Source: Psilocybe cubensis (Eukaryota). From it: DNA of 64,000 bases. Position numbers and translations under genes: made by a program. Position 1 is the first letter of the stretch; every line of letters begins with the position of its first letter. Of this stretch, positions 48,370 to 61,735 are shown one piece after another. The notes beneath the pieces are model-generated. The model searched no databases. It saw only the letters and a list, made by a program, of their open reading frames with translations, and was not told where the DNA came from. The stretch is from the NCBI GenBank assembly GCA_017499595.2, contig CM039008.1, positions 1,674,001 through 1,738,000 on the forward strand. The letters are read 5' to 3'.

Positions 48370-51300
48370 AGATGTACAATGAGCCACATTTCAAGCCTTG
48401 GACATCCAGCTCCTGGGCTCCTGCTGGTTACTCATCACGCTACGACCTTGTCGAACAAACAAAGGCGGCCCAGGCACGCAAGCCGCTCGCGAGTGGTGCC
48501 ATTGAAGAGAAGCAAATCGAGCACGCCGGACAGCCAAATGGCGTCAATGGACAGGCGGTCCCTGGGTATACGGCTGCCCCCGGTGTTGGAGCAGGATTCG
48601 GAGGCGACGCGGGTGCGGGAGGTCTCCAAGCTCCTCAAACGATGATGAACATGCCTAACTTGATCTCCAAGGCACTCAGGGTTACAGACGGGCTTCGAGT
48701 CGCGTTCCACCGCCACCCAGCGATAGCTATACACTGCCTCCTGAAAGTGGGTTCGGGTTCGCGACTGGGGCTGCTGTGAAACCCGGTCCTGGGGGACGTG
48801 AGATTACCGTGGACATGGACCCCAGCAGGGGTCTGCAGGGCGGAGTTGGTCTGACCAAGGAAGGCCCTCCGGGAGGTATCGGAATGTCGGAAGCTGATGG
48901 ACACGGAAACAAGGGCAACAGGTTGGAAGCGGGAGACTTGGGGAGGGTGCTGTGAGTTATCATGACCCTGTTTCCTCTCTGCACTTACATTATTCCACCC
49001 ATGCTATATATTGGATTATTATAACAGACGACATGATGTCATGATTTCTCCTACATATCATAGTTGTATGATAGCTCGGTGTATTATTTTATTATACGGC
49101 TTGCGGGATTCAGAGACTGGTCCCTCAAAATTGATGGTTTTGCGTTCCGTTATCTTATGTGTGGACGTCAGTTTAATTATTCATGGTTTTACCTTAACTC
49201 CTACCGCCAGTATGCAGGGGTGACGCGCGTCCATTGTCAGTCGTGTAGTCGTGTATATATCATATAAGTCTCGTGCTGGGAATTTTTTTTTTCCGAAAAA
49301 AAAATAGCAATCGGCGTAGCATTGCCGACCTTCAGGGACAGGGGCTGTTAAGGGCCAGTTATCGACGCTTCCGAGGTGGTTCATGTCTAAGCTCATGGCC
49401 GATGTACTGTGATTGGGTACCATAGGGCTACAATTCTCGATCAACGTGTACAAGCGAACATGCCTCACCTTTGGTCTTCACCTTTGGTCTGCATTGCCTT
49501 CATACACCCCTGTGCTTCAATGCAAGTCTTTATGTGACGTCGAGGTTGGGGGGAGCTGCACATTGCGCAGACGTGGTGTTACGCACATCGTAGATTGAAA
49601 AAATATGTGAGAGTTCTGGCAGTTAGGTCGAACCCGGACTTGTTGGGTGGAGTACGGGGTTACAACTGACGATCGTAGTGCGGTGGGAGTCGAGACTTAA
49701 AAGCGAAACAGAAACAAGTCGAAAGAAAAAGGGAAAGCGATGGCATGAGCCCTCCGCAGAGCTACTTATAACATTGACCGCCATGAACCGAATGCCAACC
49801 AGCGTTCGAGATTCGAGGAATAGACTTAACCCCGGATCTGGTTGAAGGGGCGCGTTGGTACCAATTGATGCAGTGGGCGGTGTCGGAGTTTGAAATGCTT
49901 GTTCTGCTGCTCACGTATCTTCCGACTTCGTCACTTTTAGTGACGATCCGACCCTCGCACTCACAGAACTGCAATATTTTCTGACTTTGTTCACACTGTA
50001 TTCTCTATTCTCAAAATCACTGCATAGTGTCGTGTTCGGGTTACCCGCAACCGATCAACCGGCTCAATTATAAATTTCCTTTTACGACTTCAGTCATTGT
50101 GTCATCCATAAATATCTTTTGACTGTAAGTATCACATTCATTGTGTTTCGATTTCCTTTTAGGCTGCCAGATTGTTGTGAGATACAAGCAAAAGTGACAG
50201 TGTTGAGCTTTGTAGTAGTATCCATGGTTTCGATTTCCTTTTAGGCTGCCTGATTGTGGTAAAATACAAGCAAAACTGAGAGTGTTCAAAGGTTTTAAGG
50301 CCTACCATTTTCTCCGGCGACACAAAAGACCTCAAACCGCGTGGACTTTCAACGGCAGAAAACTCGTCTTTTTTATCTGATTCGCCATATGCCCCCAGTA
50401 TATGTGTGTCACTGCACGTTTCGGGGTTGTGGAAACGATCCGAATGGGGTCACGCTGTCATGCCGTGTTTACAAGGACCATCAGGCAAGGGAGGAGAAAT
50501 ACCAGCAAGGCCTGAACTATCTGAAGCTTCAAAGAGAAGCTATAGAGAGACAAGAAGACCGAATAGCTCTGGAATTAGACAACATATCCCCGAGTGACCC
50601 CATTGCTTTCTTTTCATCCTTTACCCGAGAAGCCAAATACAGAGCCGACCATAAAAAACGTCTGATAGATAATATCAGCCTAGCGCGCAGAGATGTCCAG
50701 GCCCTACTCAAAGATATCACAAGCATCGGCAAAGCTCCCATTAATTATCCACCGGCTCATGAGATTGAGCATTCCCTTCACCAGTGTTCGGAAATTCGGA
50801 AGTCTGTAGAGCAACCATCCCGAGTGCTCCATACGGCACAAACCAGCGCTCTCCGTAAAGAGCCATCCATTATAGCCATGCGAGAGGCACTGCACACAGA
50901 CATCGATGAACTCGTGTCACTTACGAACGATATTGAAAGGTCGTGGATTGCGGCCTCGGTTGAACGTCAGGAATACGAACGTTTACGCCAGGGAAAGTCA
51001 GACTATAATACTGGTAAGTCTCCCTTCTACATTCATGTAGAGCAGAGTCTTACAGTTCCGCCCTTTAAGACCGGCATTTTGAACCTATATTTGTAGGGAC
51101 GTCACCTATCATACAGCTCGCATCGTTGATGGTGGTCGTGTGTAATGTAATACTTGGCTTACCACGACGTGGATGCTTCTGGCTTTTCGAAATGTGCGCG
51201 TTCATTGTACAGGGAACCGCCGAAAAAGCGTTTGGGAATGGTCGACTGACACCATATTTCATCAATTTACTCTCACTTTTTCCCCGTGATGTGAGAACCC

Positions 51301-51530
51301 AAACATTGATGTTTCGACTTGACAGTGAAGCCACAATATACGCAGTCTGTCCAAAATGTCATGCTACATATAAGCCAAGCGGAAAAACCTCTCTGCCAGT
51401 TTATAGAGAGAGATGCAACTCAAAACGATACAGCAATCGTTGTGGCGAAATACTTGTACAGCCAAAAATCATACAAAACAGGCGTGTCCTACTGCCAATC
51501 ATTCCGTATGCGGTGTATGACATTCAGGAT
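48370..51530 (+). repeat. 3.16-kb segmental direct repeat, copy 2
   Basis: Copy of 29582-32742. Confidence 0.97.
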
Positions 51531-51908
51531 AACCTTGGCAATGGACAGAAGATGAAGACATTAAATGGAATTATGGGACCTGTTTGGCGGAATCTCCCAT
51601 TCCATATTCGATGCATGCCCCAGAACATGCTCTTGACCAGAATAATCCAAGGCCCCAAGGAATGTAACGCTGCCCCGACCTGGAAGCAAGCACAGAGTTT
51701 ACTTGTCAGATTTCAGCGAGTCGCATACCGGCCCAGAGAATTCACGATCAAATCAAAAAGAGTAACACGAACGAGCACTTGTGCAAGGCCGCCTAGTGGG
51801 GAAAAGATTACTGAATGTGGAAATCGTGAGGGCGTTTTGGAATTGACCTTGTCCTGTATCTCTATCGTTATATCCCCACTCCTTCTATATGTTGTGCTGT
51901 ACGGTTAG
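50389..51908 (+). pseudogene. Truncated/chimeric copy of the CACTA transposase
   Basis: Same N-terminal exons, then loss of the catalytic motifs and a scrambled patchwork tail. Confidence 0.85.
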
Positions 51909-52253
51909 CAAGACAGATTACAAGTTGTCAAAGTAGAATCATACCAAGATTTGTTGTGAAGTAAGATTTCATTATGGACCTGAATAAAAAAACCTTCAAG
52001 TTTGGTGCAGTCTGGAGACACGGATGTGTAACGTGAACATTATGCAAAGACGTGGTGCGCTAAAAATAAAAGACCCTAGGAGACGGTATGGTCTCATCCA
52101 AGCACCTTTCCATTTCACTATATTTATATTTACCTTGAACTTGCACGGTTAGCCTCGCGATAAGACTATTACACGGTGACGATGCAAACAACTACTTACG
52201 TGGACCAACGACACGTGGCGCGCCAACTTCGCCCAGCTATGCGCATCAGCGAC

Positions 52254-52658
52254 TCAAACCCGACTATATGAGCTATGTTTCCGGCACCAGTAGTAATCGC
52301 ATGATACCAACTCGTTGTAAATCCACCTTGTGCCCGATATGCATAATGGTGCATCTCCCGTTCTGCGCATCACACAATCCCTCCAATAAGCCTCCCTCTG
52401 CGTCAACAAGTCTACCTGGATGACTCGTCCCCACAATGTCGAGGATCCGCAAGCTAGTTGTCTCCATTGACGACATACTTGTGAGCATGAGCGTAGAATG
52501 TTTAGAGTGAGGAACGTTGAGTTCTGTTTCCCTTCACCTAGCGTGTCTGTGTTCATCGAGAATATGTATCCCAGCACGTCAAAATCGAGTCGATATATTG
52601 GGGAGTAGCTCGCCTCCTTGTCTCCATCTAGCATGTACTTAGATTCAAACATCTGCAT
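52254..52658 (-). pseudogene. F-box-like protein N-terminal fragment
   Basis: SPIYRLDFDVLGYIF..LRSCSQVCRQWRQLACGSSTLWGRVI..RRTGDAPL; ends shortly after. Confidence 0.7.
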
Positions 52659-52710
52659 CCCGGGGTAAGTGTAGTGGGGAATCTCTACTGACTTGCATTG
52701 AAGCACAGGG

Positions 52711-53540
52711 GCGTCTGCTGCTCTGCGCAAGCGTGTCCGAAGACCTGCCTTGCTGAAGAGGCTGATGACCGCAGAAGAGTTGGCCCCTCTTTTCAATGTA
52801 TGTTGCGTGTTACTTGAATGTCTGTCATCTCATGTTCTGACGATGTTTTCGTAGAACGATGATTATGTTTGTACAGCTACTCTCTGATGCCCTGTCTTAC
52901 ATCTCAGACAAATGTTATTCTGCGAACAGATTGGATGGTCTGGCTTCACAAATGTTGGATACCCCAAGACCGTTCCAACTGTACGTGTTTCCATCATCAC
53001 TACCTGAGACAATTCAAGTGAAATCGTGTCATTTTCCAGGCCAATCGCAAACCATATAGAAGCGAACAACCTACAAGACGATCCTGCCACCAAGAAAAAG
53101 TTCAACCTTTTCGTAGGATCCAGTGTTGGCCCTAAGTGGAGGACAGATGGGCGAGATTCGATATGTACGCTTCATCTCACATTTACTTCACGACTACACG
53201 TTTAGGATCGCGCGGCGGTACCCCCATCAGGTCGGAAAAGACATAGCAAAGGGAATCAATGCAGGAAGGATTGTGTTTGCAGATAAACACTTGTTCAGTG
53301 CGTCTTTTCTTTGTACCTCCTTTCTCCGACACCCCACTCACTTCCATTCCCAATGAACCAATAGTGTTTCCACAAGATCTCACATACGGCTACTACTCCC
53401 TCCGCCGCAATCACGGGGACCCATCCAAGCCTCTGGACTGGGCCATCGTCGAAGCGACCGCCATTACTGAAGAGGGAGGTATCGTCCCCGGTGCGTCAGT
53501 GGGGGTGACACCCTAGATTCTGCAGAGCGCGGAGAAGATT
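52711..53540 (+). pseudogene. ACH1: Acetyl-CoA hydrolase 5' fragment, long copy with introns
   Basis: ASAALRKRVRRPALLKRLMTAEELAPLFN / NDDY / IGWSGFTNVGYPKTVPT / [36 protein letters not shown]. Confidence 0.9.
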
Positions 53541-53638
53541 GGTGTCAGAAGAGGTGTAGCTTGACCTGTTGAGTTCAATTCCAAAATTGTGTCCCCAAGT
53601 GAGTAAATATAAAATACATGAGTAATGTATGCTCAAAT

Positions 53639-53929
53639 CAAATCTCAATTTCCTTTTCAAAAGCCACGGAAAGCCGCCCGCGTCCTCTCACACTTGTGTA
53701 CATCGGCGAAACACGAAAAACCAACGCGTAGAACGACGAAGAGGTCCACGGGATTGCGAGAGGCACATGGCAAAACCACCTACACAGCGCACCTCCCTGG
53801 CTGCCCATCACGCGCTCGTTCAACTTGGATCGCGTGTCCAGTCGGTCTCTGCGGGAGAGGGTCAGGTTTGGGGGCGGGAGTCGTGCACGACGCGAAGAAA
53901 TGGTGGTGGTGGTGATGAGCGCGTCAGGC
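53639..53929 (+). repeat. 291-bp dispersed direct repeat, copy 2
   Basis: Copy of 22407-22697; abuts the ACH1-containing inverted repeat. Confidence 0.92.
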
Positions 53930-55339
53930 AGACTGTCAAGGTGAGTGGTGTTCACTGTGCATAGTACTCACCCTCGTGTCTTCACTAGGCAGTGGGTTAG
54001 CTTGCCATGGTCGCTGTGCAATGGGACGTCAGTATTGAACGACACGTCGCAATGGTTCAACTAACCCTTTCTGCCGTCGTCTCCCTCTCATCGCTGTCTA
54101 TGGCGCCGGAATAGTGTCAGAGTGGAATGTGGAGTCTACCGAGGTGAGTCGTGGACACCGTACACAGCACTCACCGTCCGATGTGCATCACCCAGCGCGT
54201 CAGCTTGTCGTTAGAGCTGTGCACCCACCGTCAGCACTGAAAGACATGTCAAGTCAGTTCAGTTTACCTTGTCACCGCCGTTGTCTTCCTCATTCGCAGT
54301 CGCATTCGTGGTGCACACACGTCTGGGGGTTGTTCGGAGAGGTGCCAGCATTCGGCGTACATCCCACAGATAAGCACTCACTATTGTACGTGTCTGCGAC
54401 TCTCCCGTCGCGTCGCGTTGCCCGTTGTCAACGTCTGTGGATCAGTAGAACGGTGTCTGCGATGGGGCAAGGAGTGAAGGTACATTGTTTGATGCAAAGC
54501 TTTTTCCCAAACAAAGCCTAATTATTCCTTCGACATCGCGAAAGGTACGTTTTTTGCCAATGACCCTCTGGACCAAACAGAGACCTCCCCTTTCGACTAA
54601 CTCGACCAACCTTCGACCACTGCGCACAAATGGTCAGATTATTTTACAAGAATTATGTACAACTATTAGTATCCCTCCTAAGCCTCAGCAAGGCTCTGAT
54701 TTTCAAGGGTAATTTAAATGTAAAATGGGATAACAAACCGTTCTTTGACCTTACCTGTACATCTTTCCTATTGGTACCCAAACTCTGAATTGAAAAATAC
54801 ACAATTGAGGATTGGGTGGCGTGTTACTTGTAACACCACTCTTCAAGCTTCAAAATCCACGCTTAGTATATGTCGGGACTCGATATGACGCATGAACGTT
54901 GAATTCCACGTTGGAATGCTAAGGGTATGGGCCAAGGTATGGGCATTAAGTAATTATGTTTTATTCTCGTACATGAATTGGCAACGATACTATCCCATAG
55001 TCTGTCCGTCTGTGGTGTTGATAAATTCCATGAGCTCACGCAATACCGTGTTAGCCATTCCTATTTTCCCTCTTCTACCACAATTTGGACAGAGATATAT
55101 TCGTCTGAATCCTCTCCATTTCCTTTCATATTGAGATATGCATCTATTGCAGCACCCATGTCCGCATTCGAATGAACTAATTGGCAGTTAGTGATTCAGC
55201 CGTAAAGTCGAATAGAGAAAATTTACTGACAGTGACAAATGTTTGATGATCGATGAACATAGTGAACATCGTGCGTGACGAATGATCAAAGCTTTTAACT
55301 TCCATTACGGATGTCAGTAGTTAATCATTTCCTCTCTGT

Positions 55340-57250
55340 AAAAGCACAAACCGCGTCGAATTGGTCTGCGTACTGTTCCGCGTAACCGCTGTTGAAGGAC
55401 ACGTCACCCTGAAAATCACTAACATTAGCAAAATCTTTATGCTCGACGCAACAAGAAACTTCAAACGCACATTTCCGACTTCAATACCGAAAGCTTCGGT
55501 AACTCTGATGACATGTTCGATGCTTGTGACATTCTAGCTAGAGCTATCAGAAAAGGGATAGGCCTTTGTACAGGTGGCTCCTACGTTCTTGCAATCGACC
55601 AACTCCTTTTCTATCTGTTAAATGGGACATGAAACCATGGGTAAGACGATGAAGGTCACATAAATTAACCTTTTCGAAAGCCAAGAGTTTTGATTGCAGT
55701 TCTTCTTTGTAAATTTCTCGTATGTGTTGGAGTTCTCTCAATCTCGCATCAAGTTTCTAAGTCATGAATTACACACTATAACTAATTGACACCGTGCGTA
55801 TGCTCACCGTTCTAATCATAGTATGGATAGGGAGGTTGCATACCGTTTCCGACATTGCAGAGTAGTAAACTGGACCAATTGGGGTTTACAGTGGAGCAAT
55901 GTATCCCACTCTTTTAAATATTAACCCTCCGTGTTCAGTATGAAATTGATTTGCTTTGCATAGCCTCCACCCATCGATCTCCGAACTCTTTCAATTTTCA
56001 GCCAGATCTACGCCGAACTATCGTACATCCATTGGGATATATTTATTTTCACATCGCCAGATACCACAGACCTACTATCCTACATATAACAATCATTCAC
56101 TTCGCTCAGTATGAGGAATACTGAATTTTAATGTTCCTAACAATCGGTTAGCGTCAGCATGTTAAACTCTTCACAATTCTGATTGGGATACTTCAGCAGC
56201 AACCTGTGAATTGATTCGGAGCAAAGGGAGGGTGCGCAACCGCGGCGTTGACAATTAGGGACACTGATGGCGATGAGATGTGAGATTGAGGGCTTGTTAG
56301 TTTGAAGAATTGGGTGGGTATAGACACACAATGTAGCTACTTTACCAGATATACGGTAACAAACGAATGAAGAAATATCCAACCAGACGGGAAATGCGAG
56401 ACCATCAACTACAAGGCGCATCACAGTCATGGGACACACAAGTAACCGCAGCACTACTCGAACACCCACGCCGCAATACTGAACATTGAAAAATCCACTG
56501 TTCCACTGTGAAATATGGAAAGTAAAATCATCTCCTCACTCCAAATCATAGATAGCATGGTCTAAAGCGGATCATAGGACTGCGGATAAGAAGAGTAAAA
56601 TCCCAGGGGCACTGATTTTATGCAGTGGCAGCGGTGCAGGCTATTACAGTGGCGGAAGTTAAGTAAGTTACTTTCCCTGAAATACTGTAGAGTCATTGAC
56701 GATGAAACAAACCTGATCTCTTCGTGTGGGCGTAATTAACACACAGCCTCGACAAATATCATTCCCAGAGTGTACATAGTTGTTTGCGGTTCACCCAAAA
56801 CTGCTATGAACTGAGCACTTGGCAGTCGATTTCACTCATATACCTATTGTTCCTATGTTTGATAAAGCGTTGGCGAGTCAGTAAGGTACGTTCGTTCCAG
56901 ATTCAGATAGTAAAGTGTGTGGTCCCCTCATCGGGATCCGAAACAGAAAAACTTGCGGGTGCCACTGATTGCAAACCTGAGACTCTCAGATGGTACCTCT
57001 ATTCATGATCTTTGGACAACGGATCTCTACTTATCTGTAATACTCGACAACACATATCTTTTACTGCATTTGAACATGGTGTACGCATTGTGGCGATCAC
57101 ACACATGTGGCTTTGATGGCATCACATTGTACCTTAATCGTCCAATCCTGGAGGTACACAGGGACCTGCTAAGCATTTCCTTTGTTCCATAATAGCGCAC
57201 CCGTATCCGGTCACATTTTGGACCTAGAGGCGCACCTATACGCAATTATA
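55340..57250 (-). CDS. Hypothetical multi-exon protein with coiled-coil C-terminus (boundaries uncertain)
   Basis: Exons such as LRELQHIREIYKEELQSKLLAFEK with splice sites. Confidence 0.35.
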
Positions 57251-57436
57251 AACGCTGAATATCTCCATTTGTCGCAGATTACATCTTTTCTATATAGTCG
57301 AGCGCCTCGAGAGTGTCCTGTATCGCGTTTCATTGTATTCAATCCTATTCCTTCATCTACTTCTCTTTGCTAACACCTTTGAATCATCCTAATGTCTACA
57401 CCAAACACTGACACGTATTTTACGTCCACCCTGCGC

Positions 57437-59178
57437 ATGGTGGATGAGACTCGGAGTCCAATCTACACGCCTCCTTCAACTCCGACGCTTGAAATAACAT
57501 CTAATGTGCGCTCTACGCATCCACTCAAAACGTTTTAAAACTTACCTTGTCTTCTTGCGACATAGATACGCCCATCTGACGACGTGGCCGTAAGAGTAAG
57601 CGAATTATTTCTTTTCCAGAAGCATTGGACGTTGATATTTAATCACAGGATGGGATTCTTGCGCTGATGACACATCATGATGTCAGTATCATATACTAGA
57701 CGTTCTTAACACTTTCCTGATACAATTTCGATACCAGACACCCGAAAGTAAATCGACGGTCAGGATCATTCGATCTGCGTCTCAAAAGCTCGAGGGACAG
57801 GTTAGTATCTTATCCAGTCTCCGTGGTGACATTGATAGGTTGATCGCTGGCATCAGGAATCAGCTCTCAGCCCAATCATTGATAAGGTAAGCTTACTTGA
57901 AAACATGAACTACAAAACAATATATTAAATTAGAATCAGGAAAGCGAAAGGGCCCCAGTTCCCTGCTCTGCACAGAATATTCAGCAGCAGCATCGTGTAG
58001 CTGGACATACCGCCGTTCCGGGAGACACTGTAATCAGTGCCGCGCAAGTCGGAGATTCTGCGGAGATGTATGCGTTGAGATACGCGTATGAAAACCGTCT
58101 TCACGCTGTCAGCCTTGACCTCCACCAAACAAGAGGAGAGTTGGAGGATGTGAGGATGATGCTTGCTTCTTCTATGCTTGATTATGACAAGATGGTCACC
58201 AAATACCACGAGGTAACGCAAGCATCAATCCTAGAGCGCCAACAGACCGAGGCCCTACTCGAACAAGCAAAGGTTGAGCTGACTACAATTAAAGAAGCTT
58301 ATCGGCAGGGGTGGAGCATGCATTTGCGGAACACTGGAGGTCCGAAGCGAAGATTCATAGCTTGGCAGTTGAGGTTGAAGAGGCAAGGAGGTTCATCGCG
58401 GAGCAAGCTAAGATCCAACATGGACTTGACATGCGCTTAAAGTCCGAGACTGTCTCTAGAGAGCAGACGGACAAGAATATCGACACAATGCGAAGATGCA
58501 TGGAAGGTAAGCTAAATGTTTGTCACGGTGACGCAACCTTAACTTGTCGTGCTTTAAGATATCCTTGCTCAAGAAACACAACGGTTCTTAGAAGAACGTG
58601 CGACGGCGGCGACGGTCGGAGCCGTGATCGAGGAACTCAGTACCCAGCTTGATCATGGGAATTTTGGTAAAGCAGAAGAGCATCACTTCGAGGTCAAGGC
58701 TCAAGGAACAGAACCACCGCAAGGGGCGGCCGTGCACTCGCAAAATGGCTATCATACGGTGTTCCTCACACTTCGCAATCTCATTTTCCATCTTCAAGAA
58801 CTTTGCACGCATATGAGAGGAAAGGGTTTAATCATTGACTTCTTAGGTTCATTGATTTCTACCTTGAGGACACGAAACGTGGACGGCGCAGGGAACCTAG
58901 TACGAGTATACCACCATTTTTTATTCATATCAATGGACTCATATCATAATTCTCAGGCCGATATGAGTGGTGTACAAACTGCGAGCGTACGATTGTCTGA
59001 CACGACTCTGTACAACCGCCGTGAGACCCTCTCAAAGGCGCAGCAGGAGAGAAACGATGAACTGGCCCAACACAGATTGACGATTAAGGTGAAAAACTTT
59101 TAAACTTTCCTGACATTTATATCTTTGTCTAATCTTCTTCCGACAGTTGCCGTGCGCCGGGTTAAAGTCAATAACTAA
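57437..59178 (+). CDS. Hypothetical multi-exon coiled-coil protein, possibly frameshifted
   Basis: MVDETRSP.. exons; YENRLHAVSLDLHQTRGELEDVR; frame switch near 58310. Confidence 0.5.
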
Positions 59179-61735
59179 ACCATCCAGCATCTCGGTCAAA
59201 GGAGATGAGTTAAAGTGAGATGTGTATTCTCTCTCTTTCCCAGGTTCAGTGGGCCTTTCTTGTCATATGTTATACTGTATATGTAGTTATTGGTGTGCAA
59301 CACCTCGTGGTTTGAGAAGTTGTATACACCATTTTTTAAAGAGCAATTTCATGATGTTATACCCCCTACGCGCTGCAGCCCTATGGTGCCGCACATGGAT
59401 ATGGGCCATGATAGTCACCTGAATAGGGGTAAATGTGCCTAATTAATCGTGCAAGTTAGCCAAATTCAATGTTTGTTAAAACTGCCACAGCTACGTACTA
59501 GTTGAAGCGACAAGCCTCCTTCCTTTGTTCTGAGAGTGGCGATCGTCTCGCTGTCACGGTGGATGTTTATGGCGTGAGATTTGTACATTTATGAGCGAGC
59601 CGCGCAATCATGCTGGCGCAATATTTTTGAGTAATTTGCATTTGTTTACCGCGCATTTGTTGCGAGGCTCACAATTCGACTCAGAGAGCTTAGCATATCT
59701 CCAGCGAGCCATAATATTTATTGAGCGAGCTCTTTAAAAGCCATCTTCAAAGGTGTACTTCCTTCGTGTCATTCATGCTATTTCACTCTACTGCACATAA
59801 TTCTGTCTTTTGTCCGAGTTTCTGGAAGATATCCTTGTAGAATTTCTGTACATGGCATTCATTGCCGTATTGACGACTCACTTGTTTACTACCACTCAGA
59901 TCATACTATTGATTCTTTGAGGCGAATGGCGAGCCGCGCAACAAATGCGTGGGAAACGACGGCAAGTATTGCGCATGATTGCGCAATGTACAAGTCTCAC
60001 CCAGGGGGCATCCACCGGAGCTTACCGAGAACCTCCCTTGAGGTCAAGGGAGTGGCTGTGTTGCCGGGGCGGCAAACGCTGATGGTCACACTAATGTCAC
60101 CATTACTGATCTGTGTGGAGACGTCTCAAAAGAGGGGAAGGACCTAGTGTAGACATATCTAACACAGCTTGACATATTCTGGATACTAAACTATGTCGTA
60201 TTTCTTAAGCATCCTCAACAACCAGTACTAATGTCTTTGGGTCTCACCCCATAGGATGTTTGGCAACACAGCCACTTCCCACACTCATATCCCATCCTCC
60301 TAACGCATTGCATACCCACACCTGCACACAAAGCGAATGGGTACTTGTTTTTCTCATACTCCAACTGTAATTTTTAGCAAGGTAAACTGGAGACCGGAGA
60401 CGAGATCATGGTGATAAGGGACATGTGCATATGGGATGTGTGTTATCAAGGTGCGTCGGTATTGTCACATACGTTGGGCTCGATCGTCCTACCGTCGTGC
60501 GCATACACGCTCGCCCTCCTTCAGATTATTTTTATGATGGTATGGACACGACATGGGACGGATCTACGGTCAGTAAAACTCACGAGTACATCCGACAGGG
60601 TTTGAGAAGGTGGTTGGATGCCTGGGTGGGTTGTGGCGAGCTGTTGTCGTTATGGAGGTCTGCGCAATCACGATTTCGTACTCAGAGGCTGCCACATAAC
60701 GCTGGTCCTTCTATTGCCGCCTATTTACCTATGCCCATGCATACACTTATATCCACACCCTTTGTGACTCCACGCACACCGACGACAGCTCCAACACGCG
60801 GGGACGTAGACCATTGCGTGCCTCCCAGCTCAACTCATAAACAGGCTTTTTCCACCAAGAATTCCAGCTCTGCACGTCTTTATATCTTCCCCGCGTCGTC
60901 GTCGATCCAGCGCTGATATCTTGAACGCACCTCCTCTCCCTCACCCGACGCCCTCCCGCAACGTTAGTACTAACAATAGCATCAAACGCACACAGTACGT
61001 CAGCGAAAATGACACGTGCGCCTATCATTCTTCGTGTGCTTGGGCACCTTTACCATACAGTCAGTAGAGAATGAGAAGGACAAAGAGAATACGCGCGCTG
61101 GGTCCGTCAATTCATGGGCGTGACGTCAAGCTCGAATACGAGTCCGAGTTTTACACCGGCAGCTCTTCGTGGTGTTTCGGTCTGTTTCAATGATAGCAAC
61201 AAGTGATAGGCTCTGACTCGGCTCTAGTAAATGATATCAAACCCCCGCTCCTATTGCTTCGGTCTCTTTTTGTTCGTTGAAGACGAGGATATCATTGCTA
61301 ACCCGGACGACGATCAGATTTTCATTTCCACTCCGATCTTAGCGGTCGAGGGGTCCCGAAATTTAGGTGCAGGATGCGCTGCTTGTAATTTACTTGGACA
61401 AGGTTTCTGCGCATGCAGGTTGTACATGAGACATAGCTCGAACCGAGGGCAGTCGCTGGAAGAGGCCCAGATCGCTTAGGAGGACGAGGAGGATCGGAGG
61501 ATGATGGAGGAAATCCGTAATATCATTCCAGCCCATATGGAAACCATGCGCCTACACCTATTTTGTTGGGTTGTTGTGCGTACGTCCTCAAACTTGATTT
61601 TCTTTTCGTACCGGGATTTGTAGTTGGTCTAGGACTGAGTCATTTAATCAAGTTTTATTTCCTTTGGCATAGGTTTAGATTGTACTGCTACAAGTCTGCG
61701 CTGCATAATGTGTATTTGTGTATAGTATATTCTAG

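Noticed and set aside
52659-52796. N-terminal extension of the F-box ORF in the ORF track
   Set aside because: Mostly the antisense of ACH1 exon 1; a chimeric reading.
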